Positions 11,690-26,265 are shown, numbered from the stretch's first letter. The stretch: 64,000 nt of DNA from Basidiobolus meristosporus CBS 931.73 (GCA_002104905.1 MCFE01000005.1:124001-188000); one strand, 5' to 3'. Made by a program: numbers and translations. The notes: generated from the sequence alone by a model not told the origin.

Positions 11690-13036
11690 ATACACAGAGT
11701 TGAGGGCTTAGATAAGCCTGGAGTACAGCTGAAAATATGATGGTATTCTCATGGCTTTGAGTTGATATCTTCTCTTGGGATTTGTAAACATGTTCCTGCA
11801 ACCATTCAGAGCACTTTGTGAGTATTGAGTTCCAAGGCCTTTTAAAGTATAAAAACCACCTCCCACATTGCATAAATTATCCAATAGTAACATATCAACT
11901 CCTAGCTTTCCCATACTACAACATTGTATTCATTTTAAAAAACCTATGCAATATTTGACAAGCATTTTGATGTATTGGGTATAAATCTTTACACCTGCCC
12001 ATTGGTATTCTTTTCGGTCTTATTTGCAAGTTTGATGGGCATATGCAAAGAGAATAAATTTAGTATAAAATAACGCGATGAAAAAGATATATATACATAG
12101 CTTATTTCAGATTGTACAAAAAACACGCTTAAAACTTGCGCCAATAATGGCTACGGCACTATGGCATTTAAAAATATCAATATTCATTTATTTAGGTTGT
12201 CCCGAATCTATTATCCAAATGGGGAGAAAATTTCTGGACCTGACGGTCACTCATATATCCAGTAATTACTCGGTCAAAGTTATCTACTGTGATACAGATT
12301 CATGCATGCCCCACCGATTATGCACAATTGTGCCATACTATCTGCAAAGATGTTACAAGTATGCACCCTCAACCCATGGCTCACAACTTTGAACAATGTT
12401 ACGACCAAATTACTCTCATGACAAAAAAACGATATATTACGTATAAAAATGCAAATCTTGAATACAAAGATGTTATGAATGTTTGCCAAAAGTAATTACA
12501 GCAGTGCCATTACCAACACGGTCAACGACATTCCTAAAGAACAAATTGTTTCCAGCGTTGGTATCATCTTACAGATCTTCTATGAAAAAATGACGCCCTT
12601 GAACTTTCAATTATGAATAAATCAGTTAAAAATTGGACGAGTACTAAGGCGCACCTCCTCCGGTTTTTATATCAAACGGTTGATGGCCAATGGTGTTCAT
12701 AAAGATTGCTATTAAAACGCATTCTAGACAAGTACGTATGTAACTTCATATCCTCATGTTTTTCAGTTTTTACGGCTCCAAAGAAAGCTCTACATTAATA
12801 TCCAAGATTTTGACAAAGGATAATATCGCAGCAAATTAACAGTTACGCGTAACATCAGCTATCTTCAACTTAATACTGGCCTAGAAATCCCAGATGAAAA
12901 CGACAACTTGCAATCAAATCTTGGTCTACGGGTCACAGTATTCCTGTCCATCCAATTTGGCAAACATCAAATCACCATTTTTCAAAATAAGTACACAATA
13001 TTTACATGTCTATATAGATATGGGAATACCAGATAG
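11690..13036 (+). pseudogene. Family-B DNA polymerase relic, copy B
   Basis: ORF track shows ESIIQMGRKFLDLTVTHISSNYSVKVIYCDTDSC (YCDTDS at 12285-12302) and NFEQCYDQITLMTKKRY. Confidence 0.85.
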
Positions 13037-13912
13037 ATAGATCCTGATGTTTATTTCTATAGAAATCTACTATAGAGGTGCTTCCCAACAACACGGTAGA
13101 TAAGGTCGCCAACCATAGCACACTCGGCCCTGGAAACATAGTTGGTTGGTGGTACTAGTATTTTCCGAGGGAGATGATGGGGGATCTATCAATGTTTGAC
13201 TGGTGGAAGGGAGTGAGATAATATATCCATTTAGAGAAGATACAAGATTCCTGTTTGTCTCCACTGGGTTGTTGTGAGCCAGCACTCTTTCCTATTATTG
13301 ATGGCTTCACCATACACTTCATACTTGTCATTCGAGAATCCCTAACTAGGTTCGGGGCCCAGCATACCAGTCTGGCCAGCTACATGGTAATTGAGAATCT
13401 CTTATTGCCCATACTGGGAATGTCTTTGGGGCTGGTATATTTTACATTACGTTGTTGTAGAGGGCCGATCATGGGTTCTGCGCATGGGCACATTTAACAT
13501 AAAATAAGATCAATTAGATTTTACACTACGAAGACTCCAACACGATTGGTAGGTGACGTATATGTAGACAAAGCATACAGGGACGCATTGACCACACTGG
13601 CTTCCAAGGATACTTGATATCACTACTCTAATGGCTGATAAGATCGTGGGCGATTGCCAACTCGGCATCAGAAACATATTCAGTTGTTTGAAGTGCGCTC
13701 ATGGGTCTAGTGTTCCGTAAGGAAGAGGGAGATCAAAGGCCAGACTCAATAGTAGGTCTATAAGTGTTGGGATAGATGGATGTGAAGGTGCATCCATCGA
13801 GTACTGAGGAGAAATTGGTGGTTGCTCTGCTGTACTGCTTGTCGTGGGTAGACGGTCAGATGGGTGGACTATGACACCTGCCACACACTGGCCAACGTAA
13901 TCGTTCCACTCG

Positions 13913-16026
13913 TCAAAATTGAAGGCAAGCTGGCTGTTCCATCCCTGACAGCGAAGCAATAGTTGATGATTCAGAACCAGCTTCTTGCTTGGGAGTGATA
14001 TTACTTTCCGCAATCAGATCATGCAGAATAGTGTAATATCTTCCAGCATAGCCACATCGCTCTCGGATTTGCTTGAGCGTTTCTAGGTTCTTGAACAAGC
14101 TAGCTCGTGACGAATTGGCAATCCACTGATCGGACGACTTCGCTTGTAAAAGAAGTATCGTGCTCGCAGTGAAGATTGGGAACAGCAGAAACAAAACTAT
14201 CTCTGATGCTCTAGGGCAGCTCACACACGAGGTTACAATGCTAGTCAGACTGTTTGCCGCATCTATGCATATCAGGGCTGAAGAGGACTGGCAGGTAGAT
14301 GAGGATTCAGTTCTCAGTACGAAGGGTCGGTGTAGTAAAATCAATGCACAGTGATACCAGACATGAGCGTAGATAAGTGTGGGGCTTTTAGGTGGATTCC
14401 CTGTGCCATAGTTTGTAGGAACGTAAGCAAGATCGGCTGGCAATGAGTTTAGCCACACATCAAGCTGAGAATCTAGATCCATTAAACTCGTGCGGAATTT
14501 CGGGGAGTTGCTGGTCAATGGGGCTCTAACTATGTACATGGTGCTCAAAATACGGCCAATCAGTTTGTGAAGCTTTATCACCTCATGGAATGGCCTTAAG
14601 GATAGCCCGGTGCGCGGAGAGACACCATTTGGTGTCAATAGGTCGTCGTCAGTTAAGGATGGCAGCGGTGTATCAAACTGCTGGTCATCAATAGACACAG
14701 GCCTCCCTACGCATACACTAGAGAACCGATCTATCAGGTAGCACACCCACCAGGTCCGCTTTCTTGTTTCCTTCTCTGCTGTTGTTAGCTTGATGTTCCA
14801 TATATCGGGGTCGCGATGCAGGCCGAGGTCTTCAGCCATTCTAATGGCCATGCCACTGTACATCCACGATTTCACCCCACCTTGAGATATGTGGTAATAG
14901 ATAGACATCAGTGCCAAACCTTGAGCGTTTTCTATTGAGCTAGCATTGTAAGCTTGATCCAACAGAGTCCGTGCCTTCTTAAAGAAGCCTTCCGCATCCA
15001 GATTCTCCTTGTTCAACATGCTCTCGGATGATACTAGAGCGGCAGAAAGTGAAAACATCGCATTCACGAGAAAATACGGCATTTCTTGTTCACTGCGATT
15101 TAAGCGCTCCATGAACTCCCCTTTGTGAAGCAACGGGAAAACAGGGTTGATTTTCGAAAAGTACACATCCACAAGGTAAGCAAAAAGATTTGGAGACGGT
15201 AGCGCAGTAGGATCTGGATTGATATCGACGCGGTTGATAGTTGCTGTGACTCGCGGTCTTATTTTGAAAAGGTCGTTTTGGTACTTTCGTGAGCCTTGAA
15301 GTAAGTACAGGCCAGAGCTGTTCCCGCAGTGTCTTACTCGTCCCTCATCATCCAATAACAGCTGATCTCTATTGTTGCAAATTTTTTCCACTTCCGGGTC
15401 AGTAGTAAGGGCAATGCGTTGGCTCGTACTATCATCGGATTTATCAATTGTGATGGCGGGAATGTTGGTGACACAAGTGCTACTGGCAGATTTAGTATCC
15501 GGAACGTGTGAGCCTGGAAATATTGCGTATCTGAATTCTAGTGGCTTGGCTTTGGGTGGAGTTATGATAGCGGAATCTCTGTCCTCTTCAAGTTTCCGCA
15601 CTTCATGCAAAACAACATCAGCCATTTGTGAATCGTTCTGGACGAGCTCACTGAGAATGTGCTCCATTTTGTGCAGTCTACTCTCAAGTGCTTCTATATA
15701 AGCCTTTGGAGGTCCTCGCTTCTTCTTTATGTCGTTATAAGTACACTTTATGCCACAATACAGACAATATGAACATTCAGGATGTTCACCATCGCATCGT
15801 ATCTTCTTCCTACGACAACTATCACATGCTCTACTGACCCGTTGTCTTTTGTGATTATCTTCAGTACTTATACTCATATCTCCGGCACTTATATGGGCCT
15901 TAGCGAAATATAAGACCTTCCTTGAAATAATGAATAGTTGCAGTGTTTGTATTCGAAGAAAAAGTTCCAAGTGGCATGTGCTTACGAGTGAGCTTTATAC
16001 GATTTATATCGGACAGACTGAACCAT
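13913..16026 (-). CDS. Zn(II)2Cys6 transcription factor, copy B, truncated, with a 22-aa internal deletion (predicted 682 aa; exons 16026-15986 and 15920-13913)
   Basis: Same domains as A, about a dozen residue differences; intron 15921-15985 (65 nt); 66-bp in-frame deletion near 15425. Confidence 0.9.
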
Positions 16027-16744
16027 TAAACCTAAAAGGTATGATGGTAGAACCTACTTGGGCAAATCTGCAGTGATTAAGACGTTGTACCAAATTTGGT
16101 GGCCATCAAATTCCTAGCTCGCACATGAACATGAAGATCTTGTGTCCGATTTATCCCGATTAACCTATTTTATAACCATGATGAATTTGGAAGGAGATCA
16201 ATTCTGTGTTGTCTGGCACCCGACATCCGCAGAGCGGTCAATTGATAAATCGATGATAAGCCTTAATTTCTCTTTGAGACGATGGCACAAATGCTTCTGG
16301 AAATGCGGCAAACCAAATCAATTAGGAACACAGAAGTGGTATGCAGAGTTGATAGGCTACAAGGGGTGAGCGATGCTGGCACTCCTTTCCATTCAATCCA
16401 CAGGAGAGCCGCACGTGCACTCAAAAGAAGCCGGCAGAGACTTTGCGTGCCAAAATTATCTGTGTGTTCCGAAGAAGGTTATTCAGATATGCTGAGTATT
16501 AAGCAACTGTACTTACTGAAATAAGCTGATGCTGATCAAATAGAAATCCACTCAAAAATCCCGCTTTTATTTTTGACTGTCAGATGCCCCCAAATATATC
16601 GGGCTTGACGCACATTCCTTGTATTATTGACAAGTATTAACTAGTTTGTGATCTACTCAGTGCCACTGGAGCTTATTGCTACTCGTGTTAGTTTTCGCAG
16701 CTTGCAATGCTACTGGTATATCCTTCCCTTCGGATAATTATGCA

Positions 16745-17860
16745 TTATGTATGTTTTCGCCGAAACATTAGGTATCCAGAACTTGAAATTTCTCAAAGTT
16801 GTCCAAGCAGCCCCAAACTATACGCACATGTTTTTGAGACCTTCTTAAGGACTCTCTACGTATTGTATCTGCCAAGACTATGTAAAAGTACAATCGCTAC
16901 TTTTACATTCAATAAATCCTCAAGTGAGAGCCATTTAGTCTACTTGCTTGCCCAATCACTTTCAGTATCTCTACAACTCTCACAACAGCTTATGAGCCCT
17001 TAACAGTCAGTCTTTAGAACACTTATTACTATAATTATCTGAATCTCATCCTTTGCTGAATAGTTGCATGAGTCTAACTGTGCCACATTTTGTAATTATT
17101 ATTAAATATTCACCTTAGTCACTTTATGGTTTATTGAATGTAAAAGTAGTATTTGTACATGTACATAGTCTTGGCAAAACAAACGTGTAGAATATGCTCA
17201 GGAAAGTTTCAAGAATATATGTGCAAAGCCTGGGGCTGTTTGGAAAACTCATCAAATTTCCATATTTGGGTACCTGATATTTTGGTGAAAAAATATTGAA
17301 TAAATCTTCACATGGGATCTGATTAGTAAGCTCTAGGATTTATTGGTAATGATCTAAGTGGCAAAGTTTGGTCAAAATCTAAGTGGAATTAGGATTCTTA
17401 CAACACCCCCACTTAACTCAATATATGTACCAACTTATTTTAATTATATTCTAAAATACTCAAATATATCTCCAGCTAATGGTTTGGTAGATATGTCTGT
17501 AATAATCTCATACAATGAATGCTTGTATATGACTTGTATGGCAAAACACTGGCTGCGCTCCTTGTAATACATTGTATGCTCTCTGCACACTTCATGGCTG
17601 AGAGGCCTATTACAGTAGCCACCTGGTCCTTTATCTCTACTCTTAAGGTGTTGAATCAAAGTAATATTGTTCATGTGGAAAACAGCTTATTGCTCAACAA
17701 CACAACACTATTATATCATTCTGTCCTCCTCATCACAAACAACAGCAGAAAAGCAGTTGGACAGCATGTTTTAAGACCTTTGGTGCTCATACTCATGGTC
17801 CCCAACATTGATCTCAAAAGAAGATCAAACATGAGCTTTCTCCAGTACAATTGATGAAAC
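16745..17860. repeat. Duplicated copy of the inverted LTR pair and CACTA relic seen at 8850-10150
   Basis: Collinear with 8850-9830 and 10050-10170, with many transition differences. Confidence 0.75.
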
Positions 17861-18099
17861 ACTGGGGCTGCTTGGCATAAGAATGTAGAAATATGTTTAA
17901 TACTTTTAGCCAAGTATAGGTCTACTTTGCCTCAGTGGCACACTATGGCATTATTTGGCACTGATGGCTCAATGTTGTGCTATCTAACAGAACAAATTAA
18001 TTAAGCAAAAACCACATTCTCTACATCTTCTCCTAGTGACTTCCAATATTGCAAAGCCTCTTAAGGCTTGTCTTCTCAAGGCTATGTAAGAGTTACAGG

Positions 18100-19100
18100 T
18101 AGTCAGACCATCACCTTAAGCCAGTCCTGGAATATTTAAGACAAAATTATGAAGTACCAGAGGAAACAATATATATCAGCTGCTAACCCAATGGAGTCAA
18201 ACCTTAGATTAGTCAAAGCTTCATCTAGTCAAGAGTGCTTAGTGCCATCAGGAAGCCAAAGATTTCCTTGCCAATCTATGACTGGTGGCTTCATGTATAT
18301 TGTGCTAGGAGTACATCTATGCATCCCATATTTGGTGGAAGTGGCCAGCCAACAATATTAGGACTCTGGATCTGATCATTATGCTGAAGTGAAGCAGAAT
18401 TTGGATAGCAAGAGGAACTACTGATATGTGCCTAAAGTACCCCTACAAAGATGTAGATCAGGATATTTTTGCTGTATGAGTTTTGAGGAAACTGGAAGTG
18501 ACTGTGTGGACTAGCAGATTATGTGGTTTTCATGTATTGATTCACTCAGCTTGAAAGTAGTGTTTCTACCTTGATATGGTCTAGGCAAGATAAACTTGAA
18601 AATATGCTGAGGAAGACACCCTGAGCATGTGTGCAGGTTTAGGGACTGCATGAACAACCTAAGAAAGTCTCATGCTCTGGCTATTTGATACTTTGGTGGA
18701 ATGGTATTAAGCAAGTCCCCATAAGAAACTTGGTTAGAGTTGAATATGGTATGTAGTTAATAATCAAATTGACCAAGTTGATTGAGTGTTTAGTTGCAAA
18801 AATATACTTTTTAGCACTATGGGTTGCACTGAAGCTCATTGGGGACGAAACATGGAAGTCAGAAAATTCACCACTTAATACACCATTCTTCAGAGTAATG
18901 GTACATATTTAATATATTTCAAGAAAGCAACCATCTGGCCCTTTTCATTGCAGAGGCAGAGCACATGATCTATCTATCTTTTGAGTAGAGGGAGGAATTG
19001 CAGTAATGGTTGTGGTAGACACCTCAGAAAGTGAAAACTTGGGGCTCATAACCTGTTGTACAAGTTCTAGAGATATTGAAGGCAATTGGAGAACAAGTAG
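18100..19100. mobile_element. Degenerate Copia RT/RNase H and LTR fragments
   Basis: ORF 18149-18361 (PMESNL.LVK...FPCQS..GGFMYIVLG) resembles the RT end at 52499-52830; LTR words at 18500-18790 and 19030-19110. Confidence 0.55.
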
Positions 19101-19189
19101 ATCATATAGTTTTTTCATATAGTTGCTTGTTAGCTTGGCCTCCTCGAGAAAAACTTGTTTGCTGGTCTGCCAAACAACTAGCACCTGAG

Positions 19190-20595
19190 ATACGCAGAGT
19201 TGTGGGCTTAAATAGGCCTGGAGTACAGCTGAAAATATGATGGTATTCTCATGGCTTTGAGTTGATATCTTCTCTTAGGATTTGTTAACATGTTCCTGCA
19301 ATCATTCAGAGCACTTTGTGCATATTGAGTTCCAAGGCCTTTTAAAGTATAAGAACAACCTTCACATTACATAAATTATCCAAGGGTAGCATATCAACTC
19401 CTAGCTTTCCAATACTACAACATCGTATACATTTTGAAAAACCTATGCAATATTTGACAAGCATTTTGATTTATTTTTAATGCTAAGATAAGCAAAATGT
19501 GTACTCAAAGCGGCTTTAAAATGGGCACATATGGGTATAAACCTTTACACCTGCCCATTGGTATTCTTTCCGGTCTTTTTTGCAACTTTGATAGGCATAT
19601 GCAAAGAGAATAAATTTAGTATGTAATAACGCGATGAAAAAGATGTATACACATAGCTTATTTCAGATTGTACAAAAAACACGCTTAAAAATTGCGCCAA
19701 TAATGGCTACGGCACTATGGCATTTAAAAATATCAATATTCATTTATTTAGGTTGTCCCGAATCTATTATCCAAATGGGGAGAAAATTTCTGGACCTGAC
19801 GGTCACTCATATATCCAGTAATTACCCGGTCAAAGTTATCTACTGTGATACAGATTCATGCATGCCCCACCGATTATGCACAATTGTGCCATACTATCTG
19901 CAAAGATGTTACAAGTATGCACCCTCAACCCATGGCTCACAACTTTGAACAATGTTACGACCAAATTACTCTCATGACAAAAAAACGATATATTACGTAT
20001 AAAAATGCAAATCTTGAATACAAAGGTGTTATGAATGTTTGCCAAAAGTATTTACAGCAGTGCCATTACCGACACGGTCAACGACGTTCCTAAAGAACAA
20101 ATTGTTTCCAGCGTTGGTATCATCTTACAGATCTTCTATGAAAAAATGACCCCCTTGAACTTTCAATTATGAATAAATCAGTTAAAATTTGGATGAGTAC
20201 TAAGACGCACCTCCTCCGGTTCTTATATCAAACGGTTGATGGCCAATGGTGTTCACAAAGATTGCTATTAAAACGAATTCTAGACAAGTACGTATGCAAC
20301 TTCATATCCTCTTACTTTTCAGTTTTTACAGCTCCAAAGAAAGTTCTACATTAATATCCAAGATTTTGACAAAGGCTAATATCACAGCAAATCAACAGTT
20401 ACGCGTAACAGCAGCTATCTTGCAACGTTAATACTGGCCTAGAAATCCCAGATGAAAACGACAACTTGCAATCAAATCTTGGTCTACGGGTCACAGTATT
20501 CCAGTCCATCCAATTTGGCAGACATCATGTCACCTTTTTTCAACCTAAGTAAGCAATATTCACATGTTCTATATAGATATGGGAATACCAGATAG
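19190..20595 (+). pseudogene. Family-B DNA polymerase relic, copy C
   Basis: YCDTDS at 19841-19858; TKKRYITYKNANLEYKGVMNV in ORF 19845-20093; ANNGYGTMAF upstream. Confidence 0.85.
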
Positions 20596-21474
20596 ATAGA
20601 TCCTGATGTTTATTTCTATAGAAATCTACTATAGAGGTGCTTCCCAACAACAAGGTAGATAAGGTCGCCAACCATACAACACTCGGCCCTGGAAACATAG
20701 TTCGGTTGGTGGTACTAGTATTTTCCGAGGGAGATGGTGGGTGATTTATTAATGCTTGACTGGGGGGAGGGGGGGAGATAATATATCCATTTAGAGAAGC
20801 TACAAGATTCCTGTTTGTCTCCACTGGGTTGTTTTGAGCCAGCACTCTTTCCTATTATTGATGGCTTCACCATACACTTCATACTTGTCATTCGAGAATG
20901 CCTAACTAGGTTCGGGGCCCAGCATACCAGTCTGGCCAGCTACATGGTAATTGAGAATCTCTTATTGCCCATACTGGGAATGTCTTTGGGGGCTGGTATA
21001 TTTTACATTACGTTGTTGTAGCGGGCCGATCATGGGTTCTGCGCATGGGCACATTTAACATAAAATAAGATCAATTAGATTTTACACTACGAAGACTCCA
21101 ACACGATTCGTATGCGACGTATATGTAGACAAAGCGTACAGAGACGCATTGACCACACTGGCTTCCAAGGATATTTGCTATCACTACTCTAATGGCTGAT
21201 AAGATCGTAGGCGATTGCCAACTCGGCACCAGAAACATATTCAGTTGTTTGAAGTGTGCTCATGGGTCTAGTGTTCCGTAAGGAAGAGGAAGATCGAAGG
21301 CCAGACTCATTAGTAGGTCTATAAGTGTTGGGATAGATGGATGTGAAAGTGCATCCATCGAGTACTGAGGAGAATTTGGTGGTTGCCTCTGCTGTACTGC
21401 TTGTCGTGGGTCGACGGCCAGACGAGTTGACTACGACCCCTGCCACACATTGGCCAACGTAATCGTTCCACTCG

Positions 21475-23654
21475 TCAGAATTGAAGGCAAGCTGGCTGTT
21501 CCATCCCTGACAGCGAAACAATAGTTGATGATTCAGAACCAGCTTCTTGCTTGGGAGTGATATTACTTTCCGCAATCAGATCATGCAGAATAGTGTAATA
21601 TCTTCCAGCATAGCCACATCGCTCTCGGATTTGCTTGAGCATTTCTAGGTTCTTGAACAAGCTAGTTCGTGACGAATTGGCAATCCACTGATCGGACGAC
21701 TTCACTTGTAGAAGAAGTATCGTGCTCGCAGTGAAGATTGGGAACAGCAGAAACAAAACTATCTCTGATGCTCTAGGGCAGCTCACACACGAGGTCACAA
21801 TGCTAGTCAGACTGTTTGCCGCATCCATGCATATCTGGGCTGAAGAGGACTGGGAGGTAGGTGAGGATTCAGTTCTTAGTACGAAGGGTCGGTGTAGTAA
21901 AATCAATGCACAGTGATACCAGACATGGGCGTAGATAAGTGTGGGACTTTTAGGTGGATTCCCTGCACCATAGTTTGTAGGAATGTAAGCAAGATCGGCT
22001 GGCAATGAGTTTAGCCACACATCAAGCTGAGAATCTAGATCCATTAAACTCGTGCGGAATTTCTGATAGTTGCTGGTTTTTGGGGTTCTAACTATGTACA
22101 TGGTGCTCAAAATACGGCCAATCAGTTCGTGAAGCTTTATCACCTCATGGAATGGCCTTAAGGATAGCCCGGTGCGCGGAGAGACACCATTTGGTGTCAA
22201 TAGGTCGTCGTCAGTTAAGGATGGCAGCGGTGTATCAAACTGCTGGTCATCAATAGACACAGGCCTCCCTACGCATACACTAGAGAACCGATCTATCAGG
22301 TAGCACACCCACCAAGTCCGCTTTCTTGTTTCCTTCTCTGCTGTTGTTAGCTTGATGTTCCATATATCGGGGTCGCGATGCAGGCCGAGGTCTTCAGCCA
22401 TTCTAATGGCCATGCCACTGTACATCCACGATTTCACCCCACCTTGAGATATGTGGTAATAGATGGACATCAGTGCCAAACCTTGAGCGTTTTCTACTGA
22501 GCTAGCATTGTAAGCTTGATTCAACAGAGTCCGTGCCTTCTTAAAGAAGCCTTCCGCATCCAGATTCTCCTTGCTCAACATGCTCTCGGATGATACTAGA
22601 GCGGCAGAAAGTGAAAACATCGCATTCACGAGAAAATACGGCATTTCTAGCTCATTTCGATTTAAGCGCTGCGTGAACTCCTCTTTGTGAAGCAGCGGGA
22701 AAACAGGGTTGATTTTCGAAAAGTACACATCCACAAGGTAAGCAAAAAGATTTGGAGACGGTAGCGCAGTAGGATCTGGATTGATATCGACGCGGTTGAT
22801 AGTTGCTGTGACTCGCGGTCTTATTTTGAAAAGGTCGTTTTGGTACTTTTGTGAGCCTTGAAGTAAGTACAGGCCAGAGCTGTTCCCGCAGTGTCTTACT
22901 CGTCCCTCATCATCCAATAACAGCTGATCTCTATTGTTGCAAATTGTTTTCACTTCAGGGTCAGTAGTAAGGGCAATGCGTTGGCTCGTTGTGGCATGCA
23001 TTTCAGGTTGGGTAGTCAGTAAGTTGTCTGGCGTGTGCAAGTTCTGAGGGGGCGTACTATCATCGGATTTATCAATTGTGACGGCAGGAGTGTTGGTTAC
23101 ACAAGTGCCACTGGCAGTTGGAGTATCCGGAGCGTGTGAGCCTGGAAATTTTGCATATCTGAATTCTAGTGGCTTGGCTTTGGTTGGAGTTATGATAGCG
23201 GAATCTCTGTTCTCTTCGAGTTTCCGCACTTCATGCATAACAGCATCAACCATTTGTGGATCGTTCTGGATGAGCTCACTCAGAATGTGCTCCATTTTGT
23301 GCAGTCTACTCTCAATCGCTTCTATATAACCTTTCGGAGGTCCTCGTTTCTTCTTTATGTCGCTATAAGTACACTTTATGCCACGATACAGACAATATGA
23401 ACATTCAGGATGTTCACCACCACATCGTATCTTCTTCCTACGACAACTATCACATGCTCTACTAACCCGTTGTCGTTTGTGATTATCGTCAGTACTCATA
23501 CTCATATCTCCGGCATTCATATGGGCCTTAGCAGAATATAAGACTTTCCTTGAAATAATGAATAGTTGCAGAGTTTGTATTCGAAGAAAAAATTCCAAGT
23601 GGCATGTGCTTACGTGTGAGCTTTATACGATTTATATCGGATAGATTGAACCAT
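21475..23654 (-). CDS. Zn(II)2Cys6 transcription factor, copy C, truncated (predicted 704 aa; exons 23654-23614 and 23548-21475)
   Basis: All six Zn-cluster Cys intact; intron 23549-23613 (65 nt, GTAAGC...CAAG); same 3' lesion as A and B. Confidence 0.9.
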
Positions 23655-24879
23655 TAAACCTTAGAGGTATGATGGTAAAACCTACTCGGGCAAATCTACA
23701 GTGATTAAGACGTTGTTGTACCAAATTTGGCTGCCATCAAATTCCTAGCTTGCACATGAACAGCCAAGTCATGAAGATCTTGTGCCTGATTTATCCCGAT
23801 TAACCTATTTTATAACCATGATGAATTCGGACGGAGATCAATTCTGTGTTGTCTGGCACCTGACATCCGCAGGGAGGTGAATGTACCACGTCCTAGTGGG
23901 ATCATCGTCGGTGGTCATTTCATAAATGAATAAATCGATTAAATAATCCTAAAATCAGGCTGCAAAATCATTGATGTTTCACTTTCGATTTTGATTTGTC
24001 ATGGTAGTTATGGTACTTTGAAAATACCAGTGGAAGAGAAAAACGGCATCAAGCTCAAAAAGCTAACGGAATTAGCAAGCGTATTTCCCACATTTTTTTG
24101 CCCATAGCTTACCAACTCTCGACATCTGTTTCAACAGCCAATAGCTTTCATTCTTCTGCTGATATCGGCTGCCCTTCCGCTTCTGTGGTTTTCCCGGGAA
24201 TATTGACTAACTGTCTCAAAGATCTGTAACAGCCTAGCTTGATTAATCGATGCGATAAGCCTTAATTTCTCTTTGAGACGATGGCACAAATGCTTCTGGA
24301 AATGCGGCAAACCAAATCAATTAGGAACACAGAAGTGGTATGCAGAATTGATAGGCTACAAGGGGTGAGCGATGCTGGCACTCCTTTCCATTCAATCCAC
24401 AGGAGAGCCGCACGTGCACTCAAAAGAAGCCGGCAGAGACTTTGCGTGCCAAAATGATCTGTGTGTTCCGAAGAAGGTTATTCAGATATGCTGAGTATTA
24501 AGCAACTGTACTTACTGAAATAAGCTGATGCTGATCAAATAGAAATCCACTCAAAAATCCCGCTTCTGTTTTTGACTGTCAGATGCCCCAAATATATCGG
24601 GCTTGATGCATATTCCTTGTATTGTTGACAAGTATCAAGCAGTTTGTGATCTACTCACTGCCACTGGAGCTTATTGCTACTCGTGTTAGTTTTCGCAGCT
24701 TGCAGTGCTACTGGTATATTTTTCCATTTGCATAATATGTATGATGGCTGCGATGAAATGGTCCTGTGCCTATATTTATTGTAAATTTTGTATTTACATC
24801 TAAATATTCACCTATCTTAGCCATCTACATCATTACTTACAAATCTTGGAAAAATCTGGCAAGATTCCATGTGGGGATT

Positions 24880-26190
24880 TGCTAGAAATATTTTCACCAA
24901 AACATCAGGTACACTGAACATAAAAATTCTCAAAGCTGTCCAAGCAGCCCCAACTCTTACATGCATACTCTTGTAGCCTTCCTAAACATAATCTATGTGC
25001 TTGTTTGCCAAGACCATGTAAATGTGCAAATACTACATTTACATTCAATTAATCATTAGATGAAACCACACAATATACCATTTCTTCCTATTGCTTCCAG
25101 TACTTCAAAGACTCTCACAAAAGGCTATGAGCCCCAAGCAGTCACTCCTTGGAATATCTGCTATTGTAATTACTGGAATTTGTCCCTCTGCTGCAAAGTT
25201 GCAAGGATCTCAATGTTGCATATTTTGTAACTGCTTTTAAATGCTGACCTAGCTTACTTGCTTGGCTTGTTGTCTACAAACCTTAAAGAGTTTAGACCTA
25301 ACTTCCTGTGAGCATTTACATAGAATCTTCCCAAACATATTTTATGTGTTTGTTTTGCCAAGATCATATACAAGTATAAATACTTCTTTCAAATTCATTG
25401 TATCATTAAGTGAAAATGCCCTAATCTATGTGTTATCCAAGTCATTTCTAACATTTCCAATGCACTTACAACAGGTTATGGGCCTCAATCTGGCACTTTC
25501 TGGAATTTCTACTCCTGACACTAAAGGAGTGTCTTCCTCTCCTGAAAAGCTGGATGGATCCAACTACCAAGCCCAGAAGGTAAAAATGAAGATGCTGCTG
25601 CAGGAAAGAGGCCTTTTGCATATTGTTTTAGGTGAGCAATGCTGTCCTACTGGTGTAGGAGAAGAGGCCTGAAAGTACTAAAGAAAGAACACAGTGCCTT
25701 CAAGTGTTTTTGCCTTAATGGTGTAAGGCAAACTGCTAACTCAATGCTCAAAAGTAAAAGCAGCCAAGAATACTATGAAGGCATTAGAAGTACCTACTAA
25801 TCTTGCTCAGATGCCAAGTTAACATATCTTACACAAATACTCTCCATGATAAAAATGACCCTGGAAGAAGAAATGAAAAATCTCACTTACAAAATCACTA
25901 TGCTGATTGATCAGATGAAATATGTGGGCATATAAACTACTAGTGAAGATGAGATAGTTACTCTCCAGAATAACCTGACACACACATATCATAGACTTGT
26001 ATCAGTCCTACAGTCCTGAATTGAAGATTTGACTTTCAGTATTATGCTTCTGGATCAGGAGACCAGAAAATAAAGCAACAATAAGTAGAGAAAAGACTAC
26101 TTTCTAATAAGTAATGCTAACTGCCAATGGGGTACTCAGGACCCTTTGAAGACAACAGCAATCATTCTGGCAGCTACTACAAAAGGAATG
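24880..26190 (+). mobile_element. Degenerate Copia LTR+PBS relics followed by decayed gag
   Basis: PBS-like ggctatgagccccaagc near 25124 and ggttatgggcctc near 25474; ORF 25262-25672 contains EKLDGSNYQAQKVKMKMLLQERGL. Confidence 0.75.
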
Positions 26191-26265
26191 GACATGTGGC
26201 AATATCCTGTGGAGTATCAGGAGTGATGTGGAGTAATAGAGGATTTATATGTTAGACTGGTTCTG

